The notes under the pieces: generated by a model | What the model was told of the DNA's origin: nothing | Databases searched by the model: none | The model's input: the letters and a program-made list of their open reading frames with translations, nothing else | Source: Ostreococcus lucimarinus | Taxonomy: Eukaryota | NCBI GenBank assembly: GCA_000092065.1 | Contig: CP000582.1 | Length of the DNA stretch: 64,000 nucleotides | Direction: 5' to 3' (one strand) | Position numbers and translations under genes: made by a program | Shown here: in pieces, positions 18,939-27,507 of the stretch | How the letters are laid out: every line of letters starts with the position of its first letter | Numbering within the stretch: the first letter of the stretch is position 1

Positions 18939-20975
18939 CTATTTCTTGTCCTTCTTGTCCTTCTTGTCCTTCTTGTCCTTCTTCTCTTTCTTCGCCTTCT
19001 TCTCGGTTTTTTCCTTCTTCACCTTCTTCTCGATGACTGTCTCCTTGACCGGTGGATCCTTGCGCTTCGAGCTCTTGCTCTTCGTCGGCTCATCCGCGCC
19101 GAACTCCTTCTCAAACTCACTCATCATCGTCTCTGCAGTCTTTTGCTTACTCTTCCATTGATCTGGTGCGGCTTTAAATTGCGTGACGCCGAGACGTCGC
19201 ATGAGAATCGGGCCGTGTCTCGTCGCGTTGAGCGGCCCTTCTTGTCCGGCAAGCCCGCTTAATATGAGCTCCTTACCTCGCGCGTCGGCTTCTCGATAGC
19301 ACGCTTCGAGTACATGCGAACCAACGGGCGACAGCCCGAGCTGTGCCCATCGACCGTTGAGCTTGGCGATGAATTCCTTCTTCAAGTTTTGCTTTTGCGA
19401 CGGCGACGCCAAAAACGCCTCTATCGCTCGCGATCCGGCGCTGTCCTGGCACACCTTGAAGACCTCGACGTCGGTCATGGACACCAAACTTTCAGAAAAC
19501 ATGGGCACGCAATCGGCGTTGAACTTGAACAGCGTCTGAAACATCGCGCTCCCGAGTACCGAGCATCGACCGTAATTCGGCGTGTCGAGCCAAAACAGCG
19601 CCGGCGCGAGCTGCGAACGACCTTCCTTTCGAGCCTCCATCTTGAGCGTCAGGCCTCGCGCGAGCGCCTTGGCGCTGTCCTTTTCGGCCACTTTCAATCG
19701 CGCGCACGCGGCCAACGTTGCGGCTACGACGCCCGAACGCTTTTCGTGAAGCAAAGTCCCGAACACTTGCGAGAGCTCGCCGAGCGTGCTCGAGACGTGT
19801 TCGGGATCCTTCGTCGCCGCCAATAACGCCTGAAGCACAAAGTTGGACACTGGATGTTTCGCGGTAGAAATCATCTTGTCACGGAAAAAACGTCGATATA
19901 TTTCGTTGAACAAACCTTTCGGCGCGACACCCAGGATGGCTTCCATCAAGTGCGATCCGGCGCGCGACTGCATCACATTCTTGATATCCCACTCCTGGGC
20001 GTCCGCGAGAAGTTCGCCTTCGGTCGTGCCTTCGGCGGGCGCGCAGCCGAGTAAGCCGGGTATGATCCAATTCAACGCCTCGCCATCGCCTTCGTGCGCT
20101 TTGAGCGTGGCTTGCAACAACGCGCTCCCGCACGTGTCCTCGACCAAATTCCACAACTCCTCCTCGATGGCGGCCAACATGGCGTCAGAGAACTTCCTCA
20201 GCTCCTCATTGAATCTATACGACGCGTTGTGTGAACTAGAAAATTTCCCCGCCGCGGACGTCCCTCCACGCAGCTTATCCGCCAGACTCTTACCGTCGCT
20301 TCGCGCGCCGCCGCCGCCGCCGCCGCTCGCGTTCAAATCCGCCCTTCCCGCGAGTAAAGCTAAAAATTTCCGCGCCACGGGGCTCGCGCGCTTATCGAAC
20401 GCCACATCCACCGCGTTCTCCACCAACGCGCGTCCCATGGGTTCCAACACATCCCTCCGAAACGCATCCGTCCTCGCCTCGTCCGCCTCGTTCGCGCCCT
20501 CCGTCCTCAGGTGCTTCTCCATCATCACCCCCATCGCGCTCTCCAGCACCCTCGACCCGAACAACGACTTCGCCATGACGTAATACCCCCCACCGTTCGC
20601 TTCCGTCACCTCCCCGCACCGTTTCATGAACCCCTCGACCGCCTCTCGCGTCGCTCGCGTCGCGCACGCCTCGAGCGTCCGCGAGCACCGCGCGTCCATG
20701 CTCAGCGCGCACTCCTGCCCCTCGCATCCCTCCAGCGCGTTCGACCCGATCGCGCGCGCTTCCTCCTCGATCGCGCGCGCTTCCTCCTCGTCCTCGCGCG
20801 CCGTCTCGCGCGCCCGTCGTTCGCACGCGTCCAGCGCGCGCTGAATCTCGTCGTAGTACGCCACCGCGTCCTCGTCGACGCGGTACCGCCGCCCGTCGCA
20901 TCCCTGCACGCTGCCGTCGTACCCAGACTTGGCGCGTCGCTTCTCCAGCGCGTCCTCGCGCGCGGCGTCGTCCAT
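18939..20975 (-). CDS. Pumilio/Puf-repeat nucleolar protein (Nop9 / Puf-A-like) with a Lys-rich C-terminal tail
   Basis: It has repeated Puf-like helices (GSHVLEACY..., HPVSNFVLQALL..., GSHLMEAIL...). The C-terminus KKEKTEKKAKKEKKDKKDKKDKKDKK is encoded by a 9-bp DNA repeat. The track start at 21314 is a GTG and would overlap the NDH2 gene; ATG 20975 (MDDAARED) is chosen. Confidence 0.7.
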   Translation of the reverse strand: MDDAAREDALEKRRAKSGYDGSVQGCDGRRYRVDEDAVAYYDEIQRALDACERRARETAREDEEEARAIEEEARAIGSNALEGCEGQECALSMDARCSRTLEACATRATREAVEGFMKRCGEVTEANGGGYYVMAKSLFGSRVLESAMGVMMEKHLRTEGANEADEARTDAFRRDVLEPMGRALVENAVDVAFDKRASPVARKFLALLAGRADLNASGGGGGGARSDGKSLADKLRGGTSAAGKFSSSHNASYRFNEELRKFSDAMLAAIEEELWNLVEDTCGSALLQATLKAHEGDGEALNWIIPGLLGCAPAEGTTEGELLADAQEWDIKNVMQSRAGSHLMEAILGVAPKGLFNEIYRRFFRDKMISTAKHPVSNFVLQALLAATKDPEHVSSTLGELSQVFGTLLHEKRSGVVAATLAACARLKVAEKDSAKALARGLTLKMEARKEGRSQLAPALFWLDTPNYGRCSVLGSAMFQTLFKFNADCVPMFSESLVSMTDVEVFKVCQDSAGSRAIEAFLASPSQKQNLKKEFIAKLNGRWAQLGLSPVGSHVLEACYREADARGKELILSGLAGQEGPLNATRHGPILMRRLGVTQFKAAPDQWKSKQKTAETMMSEFEKEFGADEPTKSKSSKRKDPPVKETVIEKKVKKEKTEKKAKKEKKDKKDKKDKKDKK
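18944..18988. repeat. 9-bp tandem repeat (tcttgtcct)x4-5 encoding the KKDKK C-terminal tail of the Puf protein
   Basis: Perfect 9-mer repeats at the 3' end of the minus-strand CDS 18939..20975. Confidence 0.8.
20747..20788. repeat. Perfect 21-bp in-frame tandem duplication inside the Puf CDS (encodes EEEARAI x2)
   Basis: gatcgcgcgcgcttcctcctc occurs twice in direct succession. Confidence 0.8.
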
Positions 20976-21205
20976 CGCGCGCCGTCGCGCGATGCCGCCG
21001 CGCGACGCCGCGCGCGCGGACGCGCGCCGGCGGCGCGATGGCCGACGCGCGATCGATCGATCGCGGACGCGCGACGTCGATCGATCGCGCGTCGATCGAC
21101 GCGCGATCGTCGATCGACGTCGCGCGCGCTTCGAGTGTCCGAACGCGCGCGCGACGCCGTCCGCGCGATCGCAGATGGACGAAACAGCGCGCATAGTACG
21201 ACGCG
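20976..21205. promoter_or_regulatory. Putative bidirectional promoter region (Puf minus / NDH2 plus) rich in TCGATCGA/CGCG palindromic repeats
   Basis: Divergent ATGs lie at 20975 (minus) and 21206 (plus). The sequence between carries repeated gatcgatcg / tcgatcgacg palindromes. I see no TATA box, and this is an inference only. Confidence 0.25.
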
Positions 21206-23149
21206 ATGGCGAATAAACGATGGCGCATAAACGATGCGCGCGGCACCCTCGCACACGCGGGTTTTTCACGAGGGGGGCTCCCGCGCCGCGGCAAAGCACG
21301 CCGCGGCGTCGCACGCCGACGCGCGCGCGCGACGCGCACGGCGACGCGCGACGCGCGACTCGAATTCGTCGCGCTCGCGATGCCGTTCGCGTCCGTGCAG
21401 GCGTGCGCGCGCGCGCTGAGCGTCGCGGTGCGATGTAAGACGGCGTCGCTCGTGCCGAGACGCTCGCGCGCCGCGGTGACGGCGCCGGCGACGACGGGCG
21501 CGCGGCGGGGCGTGATGACGGAGGCGGTGATCGCGGACGACGTCGGCGAGGCGCGGGTGACGGCGGCGGCGGCGGGGAAGCGACGGGTGGTGGTGCTGGG
21601 GAGCGGATGGGGGGCGATTTCGTTCGTGAAGAGCCTCGACGCGAGCGGGCCGTACGACGTCACGCTGGTGTCGCCGAGGAATTATTTTTTGTACACGCCG
21701 TTGTTGCCGGGAGCGGCGACGGGGGCGGTGGAGGATCGGTCGATCGTGGAGCCGATTCGACGCCCCATCTCGAGCAAGGGGTACAGGTACTTTGAGGCGA
21801 ACGCGCTGAGCGTGGACGTGGCGAAGCGAACCGTGCGGTGCCGAGGGAGCGATCATACGTTTCAAGATGAGGAGGATCTGGCTAAGAGCCAGGCGTGGAA
21901 GGAGTTTGACTTGGAGTACGATTACTTGGTCACGGCGGTGGGGGCGGTGCCGAACACGTTTGGCGTGCCGGGGGTGCAGGAAAATTGCATGTTTTTCAAA
22001 GAGATCAACGACGCGGCGCGGTTTCGACGCGAGGTTAACGAAAGATTTGAATGTGCCACGCTTCCGGGGGTGCCGAAAGAGCGCATCCAGCAGTTGTTGC
22101 GTTTCGTTGTCATCGGCGCCGGGCCCACCGGCGTCGAGCTCGCCGCGGAGCTGTACGACTACGTGTACCAAGATGTGGCGAAGACATTCCCTCGTCGGTT
22201 GCTCGAAGACGTGAGCATCGAAATCATCGATTTACAAGAAAAGATTTTGTCGGCGTACGACAGGCGGATCGCAGAGTACGCGACGGATTTCTTTCAACGG
22301 GCCAACATCAAGTGCCTGCTCGGCGCCGCCGTTAAGGAGGTCAAGGACGGCGCCGTCGTCATCTCTGATCGTGATGGTTCGAACGTGCGCGAAGTTCCGT
22401 TCGGGCTCGCAGTTTGGTGCACGGGTATCAAGCTCAACCCGTTCTGCGAAAAGCTGATCGAGTCTTTACCCCAACAAGAAAACAAGCGTTCGTTACTCAC
22501 CGATAAGAATCTTCGAGTCAAGGGAAGCGACGGGACGATTTTTGCCTTGGGCGATTGCGCCACGATCGAACGTCCGCGCTCGCTCGCCAAAGCGGAAGAA
22601 CTCTATCGAGAAGCGGCGCGATGCACCCCAGAAGGTGACTGCGAAATCGATCTCAGCAAGGACGGCGTGAAGAAGGCGTTGAAGTACGGCTTCGACGAGT
22701 TTCCGCACTTGGAAGAAATTTACAACCGCGTGGATGATGTTTTCACTACGTTCACGGGTGGTAGTGATCGTATGTCTTTCCCCGAGTTCCGTGTCATGCT
22801 CGAAGACGTTGACAAAGGCCTTCGCGCTTTGCCGGCGACGGCGCAGGTAGCTAAGCAAGAGGGCCAGTACCTTGCTCAGTATTTCAACACTTGCGCGGGG
22901 GATGAGGATAAAATCAAACAAGGTGACGCGCGATTCGATTACGTGCACAAAGGTTCGCTCGCGTACATCGGCAAGGACGCGGCTGTCGCTGATATTCCCG
23001 GTTTCGCCATCGTAAAGGGCTTTGCTGCCGGTTTGATTTGGAAATCGTTTGAGACAGTTTCCCAGGTTTCCCCGCGCAACGTTCTTCTCGTCGCCGCCGA
23101 CATGATCAGAACCAAGATCTTTGGTCGCGACATTTCGCGCATCAACTAA
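21206..23149 (+). CDS. Type II NAD(P)H dehydrogenase (alternative, rotenone-insensitive; NDB-like with EF-hand-type insertion), organellar presequence
   Basis: Two dinucleotide-binding motifs (VVVLGSGWGAISFV, FVVIGAGPTGVELAAEL). The C-terminal region matches NDH-2 family proteins. An EF-hand-like insertion is present (DLSKDGVKKALKYGFDEF...GGSDRMSFPEF). ATG at 21206; an alternative ATG at 21380 (MPFASVQACARAL...) would give a cleaner presequence. Confidence 0.85.
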   Translation: MANKRWRINDARGTLAHAGFSRGGLPRRGKARRGVARRRARATRTATRDARLEFVALAMPFASVQACARALSVAVRCKTASLVPRRSRAAVTAPATTGARRGVMTEAVIADDVGEARVTAAAAGKRRVVVLGSGWGAISFVKSLDASGPYDVTLVSPRNYFLYTPLLPGAATGAVEDRSIVEPIRRPISSKGYRYFEANALSVDVAKRTVRCRGSDHTFQDEEDLAKSQAWKEFDLEYDYLVTAVGAVPNTFGVPGVQENCMFFKEINDAARFRREVNERFECATLPGVPKERIQQLLRFVVIGAGPTGVELAAELYDYVYQDVAKTFPRRLLEDVSIEIIDLQEKILSAYDRRIAEYATDFFQRANIKCLLGAAVKEVKDGAVVISDRDGSNVREVPFGLAVWCTGIKLNPFCEKLIESLPQQENKRSLLTDKNLRVKGSDGTIFALGDCATIERPRSLAKAEELYREAARCTPEGDCEIDLSKDGVKKALKYGFDEFPHLEEIYNRVDDVFTTFTGGSDRMSFPEFRVMLEDVDKGLRALPATAQVAKQEGQYLAQYFNTCAGDEDKIKQGDARFDYVHKGSLAYIGKDAAVADIPGFAIVKGFAAGLIWKSFETVSQVSPRNVLLVAADMIRTKIFGRDISRIN

Positions 23150-23340
23150 ACAGTCAAGCTTCGCATCAATAGCATTTAAGCGAAGTGATTTAAGCCGCTC
23201 ACTACAGCATCATACTGTACTCGTGTTGAAATGAAATCTCATCGTACTTCACGCGTCGCTCGCCGCTAACTTGTTTTTTTAGAAAGATGGTTGGAAAAGA
23301 TGTTTGGTTTCTTATTACTGTAGCCAACGACATAAATGTC

Positions 23341-26300
23341 TCATGCGGCCGCACGGCGCGATCGTCGCGGCGGACTTGTCGGTGGCGTCGCAACCTTGGG
23401 TAAATCGGGCGCAACGTTTTCTTGCTCATCGGAAGTCTTGCTGTCTGTTCGGACAATTTCCGATGGAATTTCCTCGTCGTTGTCCACTGTTTGAGGTTTT
23501 TCCTCGCTAGGTTCTTCTTCCTCTTTCTTAATTTCTGCAACAACAGTCTCTTCTTTACCCTCAGCTCGCGCCGACACGTTGTATGCTGCCGCTCGTTCGA
23601 CGTGCGCGTCGTTAAGCCTAGTCTCGAAAGCCTCCACAAACTGTTTTGCTTCGGGCTTTGCCGCGCGCTTCTGCTTGTGACACATCGCGATGAAGCACGC
23701 ATGTACTTCGTGATCATACAAGGCAGCATCGTACTGCTTCCAACTCTCTGTGAACTTCTTGAAAGCACGCTCGCTGAGGTTGAGTTGCGAGATGCAAAAG
23801 GCGATATCGCGCGCAGGTTTCGGTGTTTCAGCCAAACACGCCTCGGCAAATCTCGCGCACATCTTTTCGCATATTGCTTCAGCCTGACGCTCCTTGTCAA
23901 TGAACCCGACGAGACGAGTCATGATGCGCTTGAAAGCGTCCGGAGAAATATCTTCGTCGGAGGACAGCCTAGACAATAAATCTGTCAGCAAGTTGTAAAT
24001 CGGATTACCGTGCTTCTGAGAGAGTTCGTGGAAGAACAGCTTTGCCACGCCGGCGACTCGGGGGTCGACATCCTCCAGACATCGAGCCATCTCGCTGATA
24101 TGACCCTTGACTTTCATCATATCGTTCAAAACCAAATGGGACAACATCGTGATGGCGTGTTGTCGAACGCTTGCGTCGGTGTCGTGCAACGAGTTGCCCC
24201 ATTCCTTGATACCGTACAAGTGTTCAGTCCACGGCTCGACGGCGTTGGGGAATCGGAACGCCAGATCACCAAGGGCGACAAGAAGCGCGGAGCGAGTACC
24301 CTTGTCGGACTCGACTTTGAGACGAGTAAAGATCAATTTGAGATGATCCTCGCAGAATTTGGCGTCCAAAACCATGAAGCGCGTAAGCGCGGCGAGCGCA
24401 GCGCCGCGCAAAAGTTCGGGCCCTTGCACCACTGCTGGGTGAGAGCAAAGCTGCACGACAAATGGAGCATATATGGCGACGAGCCCACGCGCAGCGCCCT
24501 TTTTCGTGGCGAGAAGCTCAGCTTCGGCCTTTTCTCGAGTGGCGTCTAACAAGAGATCCTCTGCGACGGCACCTTCGCCCATGGCGGCGGCGAGATCGTT
24601 GTCACCCGAGTCACCTTTTTCCTTTGCCTCGGCCGCCTCGCGGTCACGAACGACTCTGGCTTGACGAACGGAGCGCGCGAGCTTTTCGATGTGTACCAAG
24701 TGTTTCAGTGAAACCTCGCCGAGAACGAACAAGAACCGTGCCAACACAGCAGTAGGTATTTTGTCCATAGAGTTGCCATTGAACGTAGCAACGGCGAACG
24801 CCTTGATGACTTCCGAAGACGCATGCTCAGGGTCGGGATGGAGCGAATAGAGAGCCGAAATCGCTTGTTCGGCGGATGGAAACCACGCGCGACCCGCGAG
24901 CGGAGCGGCCGGATGAAGCACCTTGGCAAGCTCAGCGAATACCGGGTGGCTGAGCTCCAAAGGCTCGCCATCCTTTCCTCGGACCACCGTGAGCGCGCAG
25001 CACGCGGCTCGGCACAGTGTTGGAGATTTCTTTTCGCCCGATAGCGCAGCCTCGATCGCGGCGCACACAGTTCCGAGATGTCCCCGCACGATTTCAGGAC
25101 TCGTACGAGCGCACATCGTGAGTACATTAAGCGCCGCGGCCTTGCGGTTATTCGAACATTCATCACTCGATACATTTGACCACAAAGTCTTCATCACCGC
25201 GCCAGTCGGCGGCAATCGACCCGATAAGACGAGCGCCTTCAGGACATCTTCAAGCGACGCTAGTTCACCTAGTGCGGCTGTGGCAGCGAGTTCGCTCAAG
25301 CCCGCTGCTGCGAGCATCGGGCTCTCGGCGTTCGAAAGATACAACACATCCACAGCTTCGACAACGGCGTCTTTGATGGCTTGATCGCGAGAGAAGATGA
25401 GGCCGAGCAATCGTCGAACACCTTCGGTAGAACCATCGACATTAAATTGACGCATGCGAACGAGTAAGCCAATAGCTTCGGTGACGTCGGAGGCGACAGA
25501 GGAAGTGAGGAGATTGCTCAAGTTTGCCACCGTGCCAGAGAGTTGCACCGTGAACCCGAGGGCGGTTTTCAGCGCCGCAACCATGGTGCGAACTGCTTCG
25601 AGACCGCCATTGAGATGGATTGCGGCGTTCGCATCGCCTTCTTGTTGTTTCGGAGGTTCCTGCGATCCGTCCTCGGTGTTCGATTCTTTGCCTTCGGCGC
25701 TCTCCTCGGGCGTTTCTTCTTCGGGCGGAGTCATCGACGCGAGCTTGGCTTCGTAATCCTTCAACGATTCAGCAAACGTCGCGCTCGGAAGTTGCGGAGC
25801 GAAAGGGTTGAACCCCAAAAGCGATGCAAGTAGACCCATAGCCGCCTTGCGCACGAGTGCGCCCTTGTCGTGCAGTCGCCCGATTGCGAGGTCCGTGACG
25901 ACGAGCCAGTGCGACAACGGAATCGCCTTGGCTTCAGCCATGGTCGCCCACGTGTTCAATACTCGTGCTCGCGTAAACGCACTCGTATCGTGTACACGCT
26001 CGACGAGTAGATCTAAGAACCCTTGTTTCGTGCGTAGAAGTGGCGCAGTGCTGTTGTCGTGATGATCGCTCACCGCAACGACATCCTTCTGCGAAATCAA
26101 GAGGTGTCCCAATACAGAGACTATCGCAGAACGCAAAGAGTACGCTTCGCCATCCAAATGAGGCATGAGCACGGACATGTTCGTCATCGTCGTCTTTGGC
26201 ATACGTTCTGCGATTTCACTGAGGAAAGCACCGACACAACGCACGCCGACAGCGTCGCTGGCTTGCTGCAGCTTGTAATCATGAGGATCGACGCGCCCAA

Positions 26301-26982
26301 CCTCGCGAATAAGTGCCGCCGCGAGGTGCGCGTTTTCAAATCTATCAGCCGCCGCGCTCGCGAGTTCCGCGATTGGGCCGGACAAATGCTCGCACTTGTT
26401 CAGTAGATGAATCAACGCTGTGGTTACTTGCTCGAGCTGGCCCCACTTGAGCGCACAAGAGCCCATCATTTCAAACGCCGCGCGCTTCGTCACTTTGCTC
26501 TTCAACGCCGCGGGATTTTCGAGCAACATCGACCCGAGACGCACAAACAACCTCAAGAAGTCCTCCTCGGGCTGCTTCGGACGGAATACCTGCCACAAAT
26601 CGATGTCCAAGGCACCAGCCATGACGTGCACGATGCGCTCACGCTGTTCGTCCCACGCCCACTCCGCCAACTTTGCCTTATTCGTCTGCTTCTTCTTCCC
26701 CTTGGCGCCAGGCGCGGGCTTTTGCGCGCACGCCATCGCGGCGCACTCCTTCGATTCTTTTTCGCACACCTCGCACACGTGGAATATAAACGTTGCGTAC
26801 GCCTTCAACGCCTGTCGATACCCAAACATCGTCTCCGCGTGCGCCTCATCCGCGCTCGCGCCGCTCACCACCGCCGCCGTCACGCTCGCGCTCAACACGC
26901 TCAAATTCGAACACAACGCATCGATCAAGCGCATGCGTTCGATCGGCGTCAACTCGATGAAATCTCTGCGTTCGCGCACCAT
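23341..26982 (-). CDS. NCAPD2: Condensin complex subunit 1 (Cnd1 / NCAPD2-like HEAT-repeat protein)
   Basis: ATG at 26982. The 1213-aa protein is HEAT/ARM-like throughout, with the conserved Cnd1 C-terminal region (LGDLAFRFPNAVEPWTEHLY...VRQHAITMLSHLVLNDMMKVKG) followed by an acidic/Lys tail. Confidence 0.85.
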   Translation of the reverse strand: MVRERRDFIELTPIERMRLIDALCSNLSVLSASVTAAVVSGASADEAHAETMFGYRQALKAYATFIFHVCEVCEKESKECAAMACAQKPAPGAKGKKKQTNKAKLAEWAWDEQRERIVHVMAGALDIDLWQVFRPKQPEEDFLRLFVRLGSMLLENPAALKSKVTKRAAFEMMGSCALKWGQLEQVTTALIHLLNKCEHLSGPIAELASAAADRFENAHLAAALIREVGRVDPHDYKLQQASDAVGVRCVGAFLSEIAERMPKTTMTNMSVLMPHLDGEAYSLRSAIVSVLGHLLISQKDVVAVSDHHDNSTAPLLRTKQGFLDLLVERVHDTSAFTRARVLNTWATMAEAKAIPLSHWLVVTDLAIGRLHDKGALVRKAAMGLLASLLGFNPFAPQLPSATFAESLKDYEAKLASMTPPEEETPEESAEGKESNTEDGSQEPPKQQEGDANAAIHLNGGLEAVRTMVAALKTALGFTVQLSGTVANLSNLLTSSVASDVTEAIGLLVRMRQFNVDGSTEGVRRLLGLIFSRDQAIKDAVVEAVDVLYLSNAESPMLAAAGLSELAATAALGELASLEDVLKALVLSGRLPPTGAVMKTLWSNVSSDECSNNRKAAALNVLTMCARTSPEIVRGHLGTVCAAIEAALSGEKKSPTLCRAACCALTVVRGKDGEPLELSHPVFAELAKVLHPAAPLAGRAWFPSAEQAISALYSLHPDPEHASSEVIKAFAVATFNGNSMDKIPTAVLARFLFVLGEVSLKHLVHIEKLARSVRQARVVRDREAAEAKEKGDSGDNDLAAAMGEGAVAEDLLLDATREKAEAELLATKKGAARGLVAIYAPFVVQLCSHPAVVQGPELLRGAALAALTRFMVLDAKFCEDHLKLIFTRLKVESDKGTRSALLVALGDLAFRFPNAVEPWTEHLYGIKEWGNSLHDTDASVRQHAITMLSHLVLNDMMKVKGHISEMARCLEDVDPRVAGVAKLFFHELSQKHGNPIYNLLTDLLSRLSSDEDISPDAFKRIMTRLVGFIDKERQAEAICEKMCARFAEACLAETPKPARDIAFCISQLNLSERAFKKFTESWKQYDAALYDHEVHACFIAMCHKQKRAAKPEAKQFVEAFETRLNDAHVERAAAYNVSARAEGKEETVVAEIKKEEEEPSEEKPQTVDNDEEIPSEIVRTDSKTSDEQENVAPDLPKVATPPTSPPRRSRRAAA

Positions 26983-27507
26983 CGTCAGTCTCCGACCGCG
27001 CCCTCATCGTTTCGTCGCGCGCTCGCGCGGGCGCGCTTCGCTCGCCCCGGAATCAAAGTTCGTTGAAAACGGCCCACGCGTCGCATCGTATTCCTTCGCT
27101 CCGCGCACCTGCACAGCGCGTACGCCCCCCCGAACGCGTTCAAATCGTTCACCAACGTCTCGGCTTCGCCATCGCACAGGATGCGGACGACGTCATCGAC
27201 CGCGTCGGCGCGTTCGGACGGATCGCACGACGCGACGTCGAGGCTGGCGTCGCGCGCGATGACGATGCGTCGTCGTCCGTCGCGCGCGCGGGCGTCGTCG
27301 TCGTCGGCGTCGACGCAGAGGTCGGCGAAGGCGTCGGGAACGACGAATTCTCGCGCGAGGTCGAGGGCCATCGCGGCGCGGGGACGCGCGTGGGTGTGAG
27401 GGAGGTGGCGGGCGAGCGAGCTTTTGGTTCCCCCGCCGCGCGCGCGAGGGCGAAGGCGCGAGGGGTGATTGCGGATGAATTCAATTAAAGATTGAGACCG
27501 CGCGCGT

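Noticed and set aside
21000-21200. Possible CRISPR-like or transposon terminal repeats (TCGATCGA palindromes)
   Set aside because: The units are short overlapping palindromes without regular spacers. The setting is eukaryotic (introns, CRM1, CAF-1, APC4). I interpret them as simple-sequence or promoter elements.
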